A DNA stretch of 64,000 nucleotides from positions 1 through 64,000 of IMG/VR virus record IMGVR_UViG_3300021091_003726, one strand, 5' to 3'. Position numbers and translations under genes: made by a program. Origin of the DNA: a virus. Within the stretch, counting starts at the first letter, position 1; each line of letters starts with the position of its first letter. Shown here piece after piece: positions 27,263 through 36,636 of the stretch. The notes under the pieces were generated by a model. The model ran no database searches. It was not told the DNA's origin and worked only from the letters and a program-made list of their open reading frames with translations.

Positions 27263-29374
27263 TTAATCAGCTTTTATGTTGTCCTTTATGAATTTAATTT
27301 CACAAGAATCTGTAGTGCAGTATCTTTCGCCAATTGCGTCTGAAGCCATCCCAGCATATACGCCAGTTAAATCTATAGGAAATAATTTTGAGCTAGAATC
27401 TATATATTCTTTTTCTGATATCTGAGTATACGGCATTTGTGGATATGTGTTGTTTCCACTTGGTAAAAATGAAACCGTTTTTAATTGACCATCATACATA
27501 TGAAGTACAGTGCCAACATGTTCGGCTTCTGTATCTTTATTAAAAGATACTGTTACAGAAACAGAGTTATCAGACCAATATCTTTGTGCTATCGCTGCCA
27601 AAGACATTTTTTCAAAGATTGTAACGTCACGTTCCGCTCTTGCTGCTTCTGATTTAATTGGAAAATAAACTACAGATGTAGTATTCGGAGATTCGGATGC
27701 TGGTTCAACTGTATAGTTTGCCATTCTAAATAATGGTAGCATTGGGTCTTCATTAGAAAATCTAATAGTTCTATTAAAATACTTTCCACCTGGAGTCCAA
27801 TGCACACCTGGTGATTCACCAGCAAGAATTGAAACAGTTCCAGAAGGTTTAATAGTTGTCATCTTAATTGACTCTCTGATTCCCAACCATTCAGAATAAA
27901 CATTATCATAACGCTGAATTGTTTTATATCCTTGGTCCATCCATTCACGAAGAGCTGGAACCCCAACTTTGTCAGCAAAGTTTGCTACACCAGACATAGA
28001 CGCACCAATTCTACGATTGCGCTGCATGATGGCATTGGTTTCTTCCCAGTGAGTCGGTAGTAAAGTTACCGTCTTTGCATATAAGTATGCAAACTTTAAT
28101 GTGCGCTTATAATCCTCTAAACTATCGTGCCTATTTAGATATGTCTCAACAAGCGTACAGCATTCGTAGGACTCTAGGGATTGCTCTGCGCATGGATTAT
28201 AGCCTGCTACTCTATGGTCTTTATTGTTTGGTGGATCAGCTAAGCGACCATATTTGCGAGACATATCCATCCACAAAACTCCAGGCTCACCATTGAGTGA
28301 TATTCCCTCTACTATGCTGGAAAGATCTGCTCCAACTGTTGTTTCAACTGAATTGTTCGACATCCACCCCCAACCTGGAGAAGATGAATTGTATGAATTA
28401 CGTTCTGGAAAGCGTTGTGAATTTTTTAGATTTAAAAAATCTTGATCATCCAAACGACCAATCAACAATTCTGCTGATCGACGCACATTACCAGACACAA
28501 CGCATACGCCAATAACATTTCCTATATCAGCTATGTCTATGCGGGTTAATTTTTCTCCACCACGTTCAGAAAACATTTTACGAATATGTTTATGCAGCTT
28601 CTCAAGCGGTTCGTGACCAGCAGCTACTCCACCAAAAGTTTTTATTGGTGTACCAGCTGGACGAATTGCACTGTAATCAAATTCTACTGCATCTTGGTCT
28701 GGTTTCAAATAGGAATTTAATAATAGTGAAGTTGATTCAACCCAACCCTCTCTTGTATCTGGAATAAGAATTGGATTAGTCACTTCTAATACTTTGGGTT
28801 TAAAGATTGTAAATTCTTTGTCGGCGCCCTTGTCGTCAAAGCCAACACCAACACCCAACATTGAAGCCTCCATTAAAAATGCAAAGGGTTTTGCTGGATT
28901 AAACTTATTCATTTCTGCGGTCGAAACAAATGCACAGTTCTGCAATGCGGCTGAATTCTTTTGTATATTTACAATATTTGTTCCCATAGCCCAAAGCCCG
29001 CGTCCAGGTGGTGTCCATTTAAGGTTAAACAGCCTATCAAACGCTTCTTTTGCCGAAGCTTGAGCTTTTGCGTCATTCCATGGGAGACGGTTCTTTTTGC
29101 AGTGATCTTTTTGGAGAGAATACATTCCATTAATTACTCTTTCGCAAACATCAACCCAGGTTTCTTTTGTGCCGTCATCTTTTAATCTAGAGTATGTACG
29201 AAGAAAAGTTATTTCTCCAACAGAATTTCCGGCCGCGTCCCTATAGCCAAAGGGAACAACTTTATCTTTATATCCGGTAACAAAATCATCTGTCAATCTA
29301 AAAGAAAACATTGATACTTGCTTTGAGGCGGAGTATGCTATATCTGGATTGCCATTTTCTATTTCTAATGACAT
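27263..29374 (-). CDS. nrdJ: Adenosylcobalamin-dependent (class II, RTPR-type) ribonucleotide reductase
   Basis: RTYSR, PPGRGLW, LQNCAF, GNVRRSA, NPCAEQSL..ECC.LVE, TIKPSGTVS, C-terminal C..DSC. Confidence 0.93.
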   Translation of the reverse strand: MSLEIENGNPDIAYSASKQVSMFSFRLTDDFVTGYKDKVVPFGYRDAAGNSVGEITFLRTYSRLKDDGTKETWVDVCERVINGMYSLQKDHCKKNRLPWNDAKAQASAKEAFDRLFNLKWTPPGRGLWAMGTNIVNIQKNSAALQNCAFVSTAEMNKFNPAKPFAFLMEASMLGVGVGFDDKGADKEFTIFKPKVLEVTNPILIPDTREGWVESTSLLLNSYLKPDQDAVEFDYSAIRPAGTPIKTFGGVAAGHEPLEKLHKHIRKMFSERGGEKLTRIDIADIGNVIGVCVVSGNVRRSAELLIGRLDDQDFLNLKNSQRFPERNSYNSSSPGWGWMSNNSVETTVGADLSSIVEGISLNGEPGVLWMDMSRKYGRLADPPNNKDHRVAGYNPCAEQSLESYECCTLVETYLNRHDSLEDYKRTLKFAYLYAKTVTLLPTHWEETNAIMQRNRRIGASMSGVANFADKVGVPALREWMDQGYKTIQRYDNVYSEWLGIRESIKMTTIKPSGTVSILAGESPGVHWTPGGKYFNRTIRFSNEDPMLPLFRMANYTVEPASESPNTTSVVYFPIKSEAARAERDVTIFEKMSLAAIAQRYWSDNSVSVTVSFNKDTEAEHVGTVLHMYDGQLKTVSFLPSGNNTYPQMPYTQISEKEYIDSSSKLFPIDLTGVYAGMASDAIGERYCTTDSCEIKFIKDNIKAD

Positions 29375-29382
29375 TATATCTC

Positions 29383-30087
29383 CTATTTAATTATTGTTAT
29401 TTTTTTTACGTATTTTTGATTAAGCTTTTGTAATTCTGTAGTTTTTATTTTGATAATTTCATCAAGCTTATAAACTTTGTGTATTTCTTTTTCAAAAAAA
29501 TAACCACTTCTCCAATTAAAAACCTTGTCAACATTGTTCTTGTGTTTAACAAACATATTACATATTACTGCGCCGCCGTATGCTTTTACTAAATTAAAAA
29601 ATTTAACCTCTAACTCTTTTGCGTTGTCTTCATTCAAATCGGAAACCTCTTTTGCCCTATTATAAAGCCAATTAAATGCCTGTCTAGTTAGCGGCGATAC
29701 ATCTATCGGATCTACAACACCTAACATAATAATTTTATTTCTATCTTTTATAATTTTTATATCTTCTTTAACATTTTCTTTAAATAATTGAAACCAATCT
29801 TTTTCATTAAATTGCAACCAAGCTGTACACCAAAATAAAAGTTTTTCTGGAGGAGTAGGAATAGTAGTGCCATCTAATGTCGGAAGCATTGTTGCGCAAC
29901 TTATAGTTTTTTTCACAAAAGATTTTCTTTGCTCTTCGGTAAATCCTTTGGAGCCAGAAATTTTCCACAGTCTTTTAATCTGATTATCCCAATCAGACTT
30001 ACCTAAAAATAGGGTTAAATATTTTTCCGCCGTGTCGAAAGGTATTGTGTCTTCATTTATTACCTTTTCAAGAGCATCTAAATACAT
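29383..30087 (-). CDS. Hypothetical protein
   Basis: 234-aa ORF with AAGGA SD. Confidence 0.75.
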   Translation of the reverse strand: MYLDALEKVINEDTIPFDTAEKYLTLFLGKSDWDNQIKRLWKISGSKGFTEEQRKSFVKKTISCATMLPTLDGTTIPTPPEKLLFWCTAWLQFNEKDWFQLFKENVKEDIKIIKDRNKIIMLGVVDPIDVSPLTRQAFNWLYNRAKEVSDLNEDNAKELEVKFFNLVKAYGGAVICNMFVKHKNNVDKVFNWRSGYFFEKEIHKVYKLDEIIKIKTTELQKLNQKYVKKITIIK

Positions 30088-30136
30088 TTATAATCCTTCA
30101 TAAAATACTCAAAACCTATAAAAATGATCCATATAA

Positions 30137-30194
30137 ACAGCAATCCCGTCTGTGATCAGACGGGACTGTTGTCGCCGTGCTATTAGTATAGCAC
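30137..30194 (-). terminator. Tandem hairpins, probable terminator of the upstream structural gene
   Basis: ACAACAGTCCCGTCTG-ATCA-CAGACGGGATTGCTGT (30137-30172) plus GTGCTAT/ATAGCAC (30177-30194). Confidence 0.6.
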
Positions 30195-30216
30195 AGAATA
30201 TATTTTTTAGTAATAC

Positions 30217-30825
30217 TTACAATGCTTTTGCTGAGTCTAAACCTCGATATTCTAAGACTTTGTTTCTACCATAATCAGATTCGGTATTTGCTTGACCATA
30301 GCCCGAAGTAAATACTTTTGCACTTGCTACACCATGAACTTCATCTGGTCTGAAAACTCCAAACGATGCTGGTGCACCTTGCGCTTCTGTTCTTGGAGCG
30401 TGACCAACATTAGCAAATACGTTCGATGATGTAACACCATCAAATGCGTAATTGTTATAGCTGTAGTCACTTACTCTATCGGCATGCCCGAAGCCAGAAG
30501 GAAACGCTGCTGCCCCTACTAAGCCCTTAAATTGAAATGGCTTAAAACGAGCACCGTCGTAACCAGCACCATTTTTGAAAGTTCCTGCTAGCGGAGTTGT
30601 TCCAGCGTAAAGTGTTGAGCCAGTAAATAGTTGTGATAAGAGAACGTTTCCTGGGTGACGACCAGTGCCCGGGACATGGTGATTATCTGGGGCTCCATCT
30701 AAAAGACCCTTAGCAAATAGGGGGTAAAATGAATATGTGCCAGCCGTACCTTTGAATGGGTTAACCATATCGGCAGTTGAACGACCCTTCAATACTGGTC
30801 TTGGACCCACGTAAAAGGTTGCCAT
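30217..30825 (-). CDS. Gly/Ala-rich probable virion protein
   Basis: Strong AAGGAG SD, upstream TACTATA motif, downstream hairpin; function inferred from context. Confidence 0.6.
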   Translation of the reverse strand: MATFYVGPRPVLKGRSTADMVNPFKGTAGTYSFYPLFAKGLLDGAPDNHHVPGTGRHPGNVLLSQLFTGSTLYAGTTPLAGTFKNGAGYDGARFKPFQFKGLVGAAAFPSGFGHADRVSDYSYNNYAFDGVTSSNVFANVGHAPRTEAQGAPASFGVFRPDEVHGVASAKVFTSGYGQANTESDYGRNKVLEYRGLDSAKAL

Positions 30826-30895
30826 ACGAAATATCTCCTTATTGTATAATGCGGTTTACACTATCTATAGTAAAATGATTTTTGGTTTTTAACCA

Positions 30896-32155
30896 TTAAT
30901 CATACTGAATTCTTAGATCAGAAAGCACTGGTGCCGTCTTATCTTCTAGCATATTTAAAGTAACCTCTATCCACACATTGGCTGAGGCACCGGGATTCGT
31001 TGTGCTGTAGTTGCCAGCATCGTCGTAAATGACCCTGTAGCTAAAAGCATTTGACATTTGACTCAGGGGAACATTATAAATTACTGGATCTACGCTAATT
31101 ATATTATTAATTAAAGATCCGTTTGGAGGAGTAAATTTAATTATTGTCTTACCAGATGGCAAAAATTTATCATATCTTACATCAAGATCTGAAAGACCAT
31201 ATGTATATATATAATTTCCTTGTTCCTGCATATAGCTTCTTTGTACCATTTTAATTCTTATTGCCGTAATTTCTTTATCTGCAAAATAAAAAGAAAGCGG
31301 GCCAGAATTGTATATAGTATCTGACCCAGATACAAGCCATCCGCCAGGTGGCACCTTACCCACTGCCGTGCTAATCCCATTATAAAGTGCGGAAGAATTT
31401 AATGGTATCCAGGAATCGGATTCTGTTAGTGTTGGATTTAGCTTTGTTGTATATTCTATTGAAGAAATATCAACTGAGTACACTGGAAATGGATTTAATT
31501 TAATGCAGTTTGTTTTTGTTGACCCAGTAAATTCAGATGGTATTTTTACATAAAACATCATCTGAGCTCCAGACGGAGAAGTAGATTGTGTAATTATATT
31601 GCGTTTCCAAATTTTATCTGGATTATCTATTATTGCATTGAATGTTGGAGTAGTATTAACTATAGCTCCAGCTGTGTCAACTCCCGCATAAGTATTTTCT
31701 ATAAAGGTCTTAAAAAAATCTGGGATAACCTGAGATGAGGAAGTGCCAAAAGTATGAAACTTTAATTTTGAATTTGAAGATCCACTAACCTTGGGAAGTG
31801 TTATTACATTATAGTGCGGGTCTAAACTCAAGAGATTTGTAGTAGAAATAGAAAAACTTGTTCCAACAAAATTTACATAATCAAGCTGTGAAAAAGAATA
31901 TATTGATAACGTGTTAGTTTCGTTTTCAAGCGCCTCAACCCTATCAACAAGATCATCGACAGCGTTAACTAAATATGCCTGGTCTTTTAAAACTCTTTGA
32001 AAAGCTTCAGAAAGCTTCTGATCAAGAATATTAGATTTATTATATAAGTATAAAAGATCTTTATAATTTTCTTCAATTCTTTGATTGTATTCTGAGCTAT
32101 CTACCGGACCCTTATATTGTGCGTTTCTTTTTTGTGTATTAATTGAATCTGCCAT
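30896..32155 (-). CDS. Putative virion structural protein
   Basis: N-terminal coiled coil plus beta-rich domain ending TAPVLSDLRIQYD, like neighbouring structural genes. Confidence 0.6.
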   Translation of the reverse strand: MADSINTQKRNAQYKGPVDSSEYNQRIEENYKDLLYLYNKSNILDQKLSEAFQRVLKDQAYLVNAVDDLVDRVEALENETNTLSIYSFSQLDYVNFVGTSFSISTTNLLSLDPHYNVITLPKVSGSSNSKLKFHTFGTSSSQVIPDFFKTFIENTYAGVDTAGAIVNTTPTFNAIIDNPDKIWKRNIITQSTSPSGAQMMFYVKIPSEFTGSTKTNCIKLNPFPVYSVDISSIEYTTKLNPTLTESDSWIPLNSSALYNGISTAVGKVPPGGWLVSGSDTIYNSGPLSFYFADKEITAIRIKMVQRSYMQEQGNYIYTYGLSDLDVRYDKFLPSGKTIIKFTPPNGSLINNIISVDPVIYNVPLSQMSNAFSYRVIYDDAGNYSTTNPGASANVWIEVTLNMLEDKTAPVLSDLRIQYD

Positions 32156-32156
32156 A

Positions 32157-32555
32157 TTAAATCCTATTTTCTAAAAATTTTATTTTATTTTGAAGCCTAG
32201 ATAATTTTCCTGTAATTTTTACTATATCATTTATATTTATATTTGAAGAAGTTGACGTTATTTTGTCTACTGTAGATGCTGTAACCCCATTAACTTCAAG
32301 ATCAACTCCGTCAACAAGAACGACTTCTTCAGTAGTTAAAAATATTTTACCATTGATAGCTACAGAATAACTATCGCAAGTTGAATTTATTGAGTTTAGC
32401 TGATTGTTGATTCTATTAAAGTCTGCAAGTAGGGAATTTATTTCTAAGTTCTCTCTTTTACTATTTCTAGTTCCTCTATATTTTTGTCTAAATCTAGAAA
32501 AAAGAGGCTCTACCAGTCTTTTCGTATAAGATTGTTTTGTGTAAGTTATTGGCAT
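32157..32555 (-). CDS. Putative structural protein
   Basis: N-terminus RQKYRGTRNSKREN resembles RNAQYKGPVDSSEYN of the adjacent gene. Confidence 0.55.
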   Translation of the reverse strand: MPITYTKQSYTKRLVEPLFSRFRQKYRGTRNSKRENLEINSLLADFNRINNQLNSINSTCDSYSVAINGKIFLTTEEVVLVDGVDLEVNGVTASTVDKITSTSSNININDIVKITGKLSRLQNKIKFLENRI

Positions 32556-32594
32556 TTGATTCTTTCTAGTTAATTAGTACTGGAAACACTGGTT

Positions 32595-34733
32595 TTACGC
32601 ATCCCTATGTTTAAATTTAATTCTTATAGATTCAACCATTGGAGACGCTAAGGGATCTTCATACCTATTTAAATCTATTCTATATCTAATTGCATTTACG
32701 GCTAATGGATTATTGGATGTATAAATAAAGTTTGATTTTCCAGTTAATTCTTTTGAAGCTAATATTTCTTTTCTTCCAAAAATTGTATCTATTGTAAAAT
32801 AATAATTATCTTCATTTACTTTATTTTGAAATTCAAATGGGTCTAAATAATTAAAATAATCAACAAAAATTAATCCATATCTAGACAAAGACAGGCTTTC
32901 TATTAAATTAAAAGAAACTTGTCCAGATATTAATTTATCATAAGTTATAACTATTTTATTAATTCCTGATTTAAACTCCCATTCAACGGCCTTACTGCCA
33001 GTTCCCTTTGGAAGATCTGCTATCAAAATACCATTTAAATATATTGCTAAATTAAAATTAGGATTAGATTTTGAAACATTATGTATAAGGCTTATGGGAT
33101 TTTGTCTCAAAATTGATGTTTGTATATACCCAGAACTATAAGAATTTATTCCCGGATTTATAGAACCTATTTGTTCTTTTAATGTATTTGACAAAAGCGA
33201 GGCCGGCTTCTTGTTGAAAACATCCACCCAATATTCAAGATCTTTATATTTTTCATTTGCGGTGGACTCGCCCACATATATTATGTAATTATGTTTTAAA
33301 CAATCTACTCCACCCAACAAAACGGGATTTAAATAATATTCTTCAGAACTAAGTGCAGTAATTCTATACACATTTTTTTCAGAATATATTTTATTATTTG
33401 GGTTTAATTCGTTTGCGTTTACCGCTGAAGAATTAATTGGTATATACTTTAATTCGTCATCTTCTGGCGTATTTGATATGTAAACATTTTTTCTAGTTGA
33501 TCCATCAAGATAAACAACTGGATTATAACCTGAATTTTCCGAGCCTTTCGGAGATACTGGAATCCAATTGTAGTCATTAATTTTTTGTGCGGTTGGATTA
33601 TTTGCAGCTACATAATAGTTTACAGATGTTCCAGGAACAACCTGCTCCTTGACTTCCATAGAAACAGCGTCTATTATTAAATTAGAATTAGTTTTTGTAG
33701 CGATAGATATCGGAGAAGATACCAATATACCTGATTTAGCGTAGTATTTTGATCCAATAATCATTTCTCTTAAACCAAACTTATAAACATACGGACTAGA
33801 ACTATTTTGATCTATATAGTCTGGTTCGTTTTTATATAAAACTATTTCTATTGCCGAATAAGAATCCGCCGGAATAGAAAAAGAAAATGCATCATAATCT
33901 GATCTTGATGTTTTTATTTTTATTTCATTTTGTTTTTCTGGGTCAGAATATATTGCCCTCATCATAACATTTACTGGAGATGAAGTAAAAAGAATTCCAT
34001 CTACTTTTGACAATACCGAAGTTCTATTTACCGGTATACTTATTGTTAGTGATACTGGCTGCGGATTTTGTAAGGACACAGAATGATCCCAGTATGTATC
34101 TGTTAGTCCATCAAATATATTATTAAAATTTGTTTTATCAATAGTTTCACTTAACTGCTGACCGTTTGCTGTTACTGTACAATTGACATTATTTGCATTT
34201 AAATTGTCAACAGTTATAACATTAAACTGTTCAGATTTTAATTTACTAATAGTTACATTCCTAAGTTTTGGATCAAAAAATGCGGAATCTGTTAACGATA
34301 AATCTAATTTATCTGCAGATATAAAGTTTTCTGTAAAAGAATAAAAATATCCATCAGAATTATTATTCATAAATATAAGATCATCTACTTTTGATTCTAA
34401 TTGTAATCTTTTCTTTTTTAAATTTTCTAATTTTTTATTAAGAGATGTAACAATAGAAAATAATTCTTCATTATTGTCTAAAATTGTGTCATACAAAATA
34501 TCAACATTGTAAATTGTATTAGCCATTATCTGGTTTAATAAATCAATATCAGTTTTATTTGATATTCTAAGAAGATCATAATCTACCTTAATCGGATACC
34601 CTGGTTCATTTACGGTGAAATATTCATTAAAAGCTTTTCTAACTTCTTGTTCAGAAGGTTTTTGTCCAGAAGAATATATTAATTTATATATATTATTTAA
34701 AAATCTTCTTTTTTGAGTTGTTGAAATGTTCAT
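32595..34733 (-). CDS. Putative virion structural protein
   Basis: 712 aa, coiled coil plus beta-rich region, within the structural operon. Confidence 0.6.
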   Translation of the reverse strand: MNISTTQKRRFLNNIYKLIYSSGQKPSEQEVRKAFNEYFTVNEPGYPIKVDYDLLRISNKTDIDLLNQIMANTIYNVDILYDTILDNNEELFSIVTSLNKKLENLKKKRLQLESKVDDLIFMNNNSDGYFYSFTENFISADKLDLSLTDSAFFDPKLRNVTISKLKSEQFNVITVDNLNANNVNCTVTANGQQLSETIDKTNFNNIFDGLTDTYWDHSVSLQNPQPVSLTISIPVNRTSVLSKVDGILFTSSPVNVMMRAIYSDPEKQNEIKIKTSRSDYDAFSFSIPADSYSAIEIVLYKNEPDYIDQNSSSPYVYKFGLREMIIGSKYYAKSGILVSSPISIATKTNSNLIIDAVSMEVKEQVVPGTSVNYYVAANNPTAQKINDYNWIPVSPKGSENSGYNPVVYLDGSTRKNVYISNTPEDDELKYIPINSSAVNANELNPNNKIYSEKNVYRITALSSEEYYLNPVLLGGVDCLKHNYIIYVGESTANEKYKDLEYWVDVFNKKPASLLSNTLKEQIGSINPGINSYSSGYIQTSILRQNPISLIHNVSKSNPNFNLAIYLNGILIADLPKGTGSKAVEWEFKSGINKIVITYDKLISGQVSFNLIESLSLSRYGLIFVDYFNYLDPFEFQNKVNEDNYYFTIDTIFGRKEILASKELTGKSNFIYTSNNPLAVNAIRYRIDLNRYEDPLASPMVESIRIKFKHRDA

Positions 34734-36634
34734 ATTTTTTTAACCTTTGCAGCCAGTGTATAAGAATATACAGTTGGAACAACGTTTGTATTTAAATCTT
34801 TTAGCATTCTTATTTTAACTAGGATGCTCTTAACCTCTTGTGGGATCTTTGGACTGTTATAGTAGCCTATACCTGGAAGCTTATATTCCGATGAAATATT
34901 TTGATTAAATACCAGAACTTCTGGATTTACTGATGAAACAGAAGAGTTAAATCCATACTGTGTAGAACTTATATCAAGCCAATTATTTCCTTCATCAACA
35001 GATATTTGAGATGATATAAGCTGGATATTTGAAGAAACACTCTTTGCATCACTCTCTATACCAAGCATTACTGATTCTACCGGATAATCAAAAACATATG
35101 GTAATGAGATAATTTCGGCCGAGTCTAAATACTCAATATATTCAACTGAAACATCTCTTAGGCCAATTGACATTCTCTTGCATTTAAGTATATCTTTTTG
35201 TAGCTTAAGCGGAACGGTAAACGTTTGAACTGACTCGGATGTATTTGCTTGTGTGAGTCTTTTCTTTACGGATACAACTATTTCTTTGCTAGTAACCTTA
35301 TTCTTTTTAAAAATATTTGGATTACTCAATGGTGGTATTATCGCATCTTTATTATAATTTATTTCTTGATAGATATCTTTGCTTAAAGAATCTGGATTAA
35401 ATCTTACAGAACCAAAAAATGGACTATTATCCGATTTAGATTGAGCATAATCCGTAGCCCAATATGTGTGCATTATTTCTTCTTCGTTAAAATACGGCTG
35501 TTCAAAAACAATTCTAATTTTTAATACTTTTCTATCGGAAAATTTAACAACTGCAGAATCAAAATAATATTTTGAATAAGCTTCTTTTGTTAAACTTTCT
35601 GGAGACAATCCTATATAAAAAGATTCTTTAACAACATCTTCTGTTTCCCCTAGGTCATTGGTAACATAAATGTTGGAAACTTTTACTATTTTTGTATATC
35701 CAAAATATGGAGATATTTTTATTGAATTAGCTATTGATGGAGAATTTGCTTGAATAGTAAAATCTAATTTTAAAGGTTCTTGCAAATTATGATTTGACCA
35801 ATTAACTAAACTGCGCTTTGATGCCGAAGAAAGTTCTTGCAAATCAACTATATAAGAAAACTCATTGTCTGATGGAACAAAATCAAATACATTTTGATAT
35901 TTACTTTTATCAACATTTAAGGCTTCATATTCAAAATATGTTAATGGATTTTTATCTATAATATTTATTGGATTAGATATTGAAGGACTATTTTGAAAAA
36001 CATATTGGTAATTTATTTTATCTAATTCATTTTTATTTTTAATTACAATATGATTGTTTCCCGTAAATCCATTGGAATTATTCAATGTTAGCCTAGATGC
36101 GTTCCAGTTAACAGTTTTTGCTGCTTGAATAGTTGCTGACCCACCATAAATCATTGGGTTTTCATTAACTTTCATTTTAGAAAAATCCATATAATCTTGA
36201 TTGTCAAACGAATCACCAATGTAAACTATGTCTTCTGCCGGACTTGAAGAATACATTTGAAGTATTTTTGTTTTTGAAAATATTCTTTGAGAATATTTTT
36301 TTTCATTTTCTATTTCAGAAGTAAATAAATTAAATATACTTATAATTTTTGCGGTTAAATAATCTAATTGTTTAGCAGATATATTTATATCATTTTTTAA
36401 TGAATTAACAAATTTATTCATTTTTGCTGACGTTGGTGGTTCGCCTTTTGTAAACAAATCTAAGCTTGTATTAAATGAATCTATATTTTTATAAGCTTCA
36501 TTTAGTGCCTGATTAAAATCAGACATTAAATCTCGTTTTGTAATGTATTTGCCATTTTTTAATTTTTCAGCTACAGCAGAAAGCGATGTAGCAACCTGAT
36601 CAAAAATTGATGTTGATGGTGATAATTGTGCCAT
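34730..36634 (-). CDS. Putative virion structural protein
   Basis: 634 aa, similar architecture to its neighbours. Confidence 0.6.
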   Translation of the reverse strand: MAQLSPSTSIFDQVATSLSAVAEKLKNGKYITKRDLMSDFNQALNEAYKNIDSFNTSLDLFTKGEPPTSAKMNKFVNSLKNDINISAKQLDYLTAKIISIFNLFTSEIENEKKYSQRIFSKTKILQMYSSSPAEDIVYIGDSFDNQDYMDFSKMKVNENPMIYGGSATIQAAKTVNWNASRLTLNNSNGFTGNNHIVIKNKNELDKINYQYVFQNSPSISNPINIIDKNPLTYFEYEALNVDKSKYQNVFDFVPSDNEFSYIVDLQELSSASKRSLVNWSNHNLQEPLKLDFTIQANSPSIANSIKISPYFGYTKIVKVSNIYVTNDLGETEDVVKESFYIGLSPESLTKEAYSKYYFDSAVVKFSDRKVLKIRIVFEQPYFNEEEIMHTYWATDYAQSKSDNSPFFGSVRFNPDSLSKDIYQEINYNKDAIIPPLSNPNIFKKNKVTSKEIVVSVKKRLTQANTSESVQTFTVPLKLQKDILKCKRMSIGLRDVSVEYIEYLDSAEIISLPYVFDYPVESVMLGIESDAKSVSSNIQLISSQISVDEGNNWLDISSTQYGFNSSVSSVNPEVLVFNQNISSEYKLPGIGYYNSPKIPQEVKSILVKIRMLKDLNTNVVPTVYSYTLAAKVKKI

Positions 36635-36636
36635 GT

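Noticed and set aside
30137-30194. Hairpins as a tRNA or other ncRNA that might mediate recoding
   Set aside because: No cloverleaf or T-loop consensus; the position fits a terminator. I saw no tRNA gene in the window.
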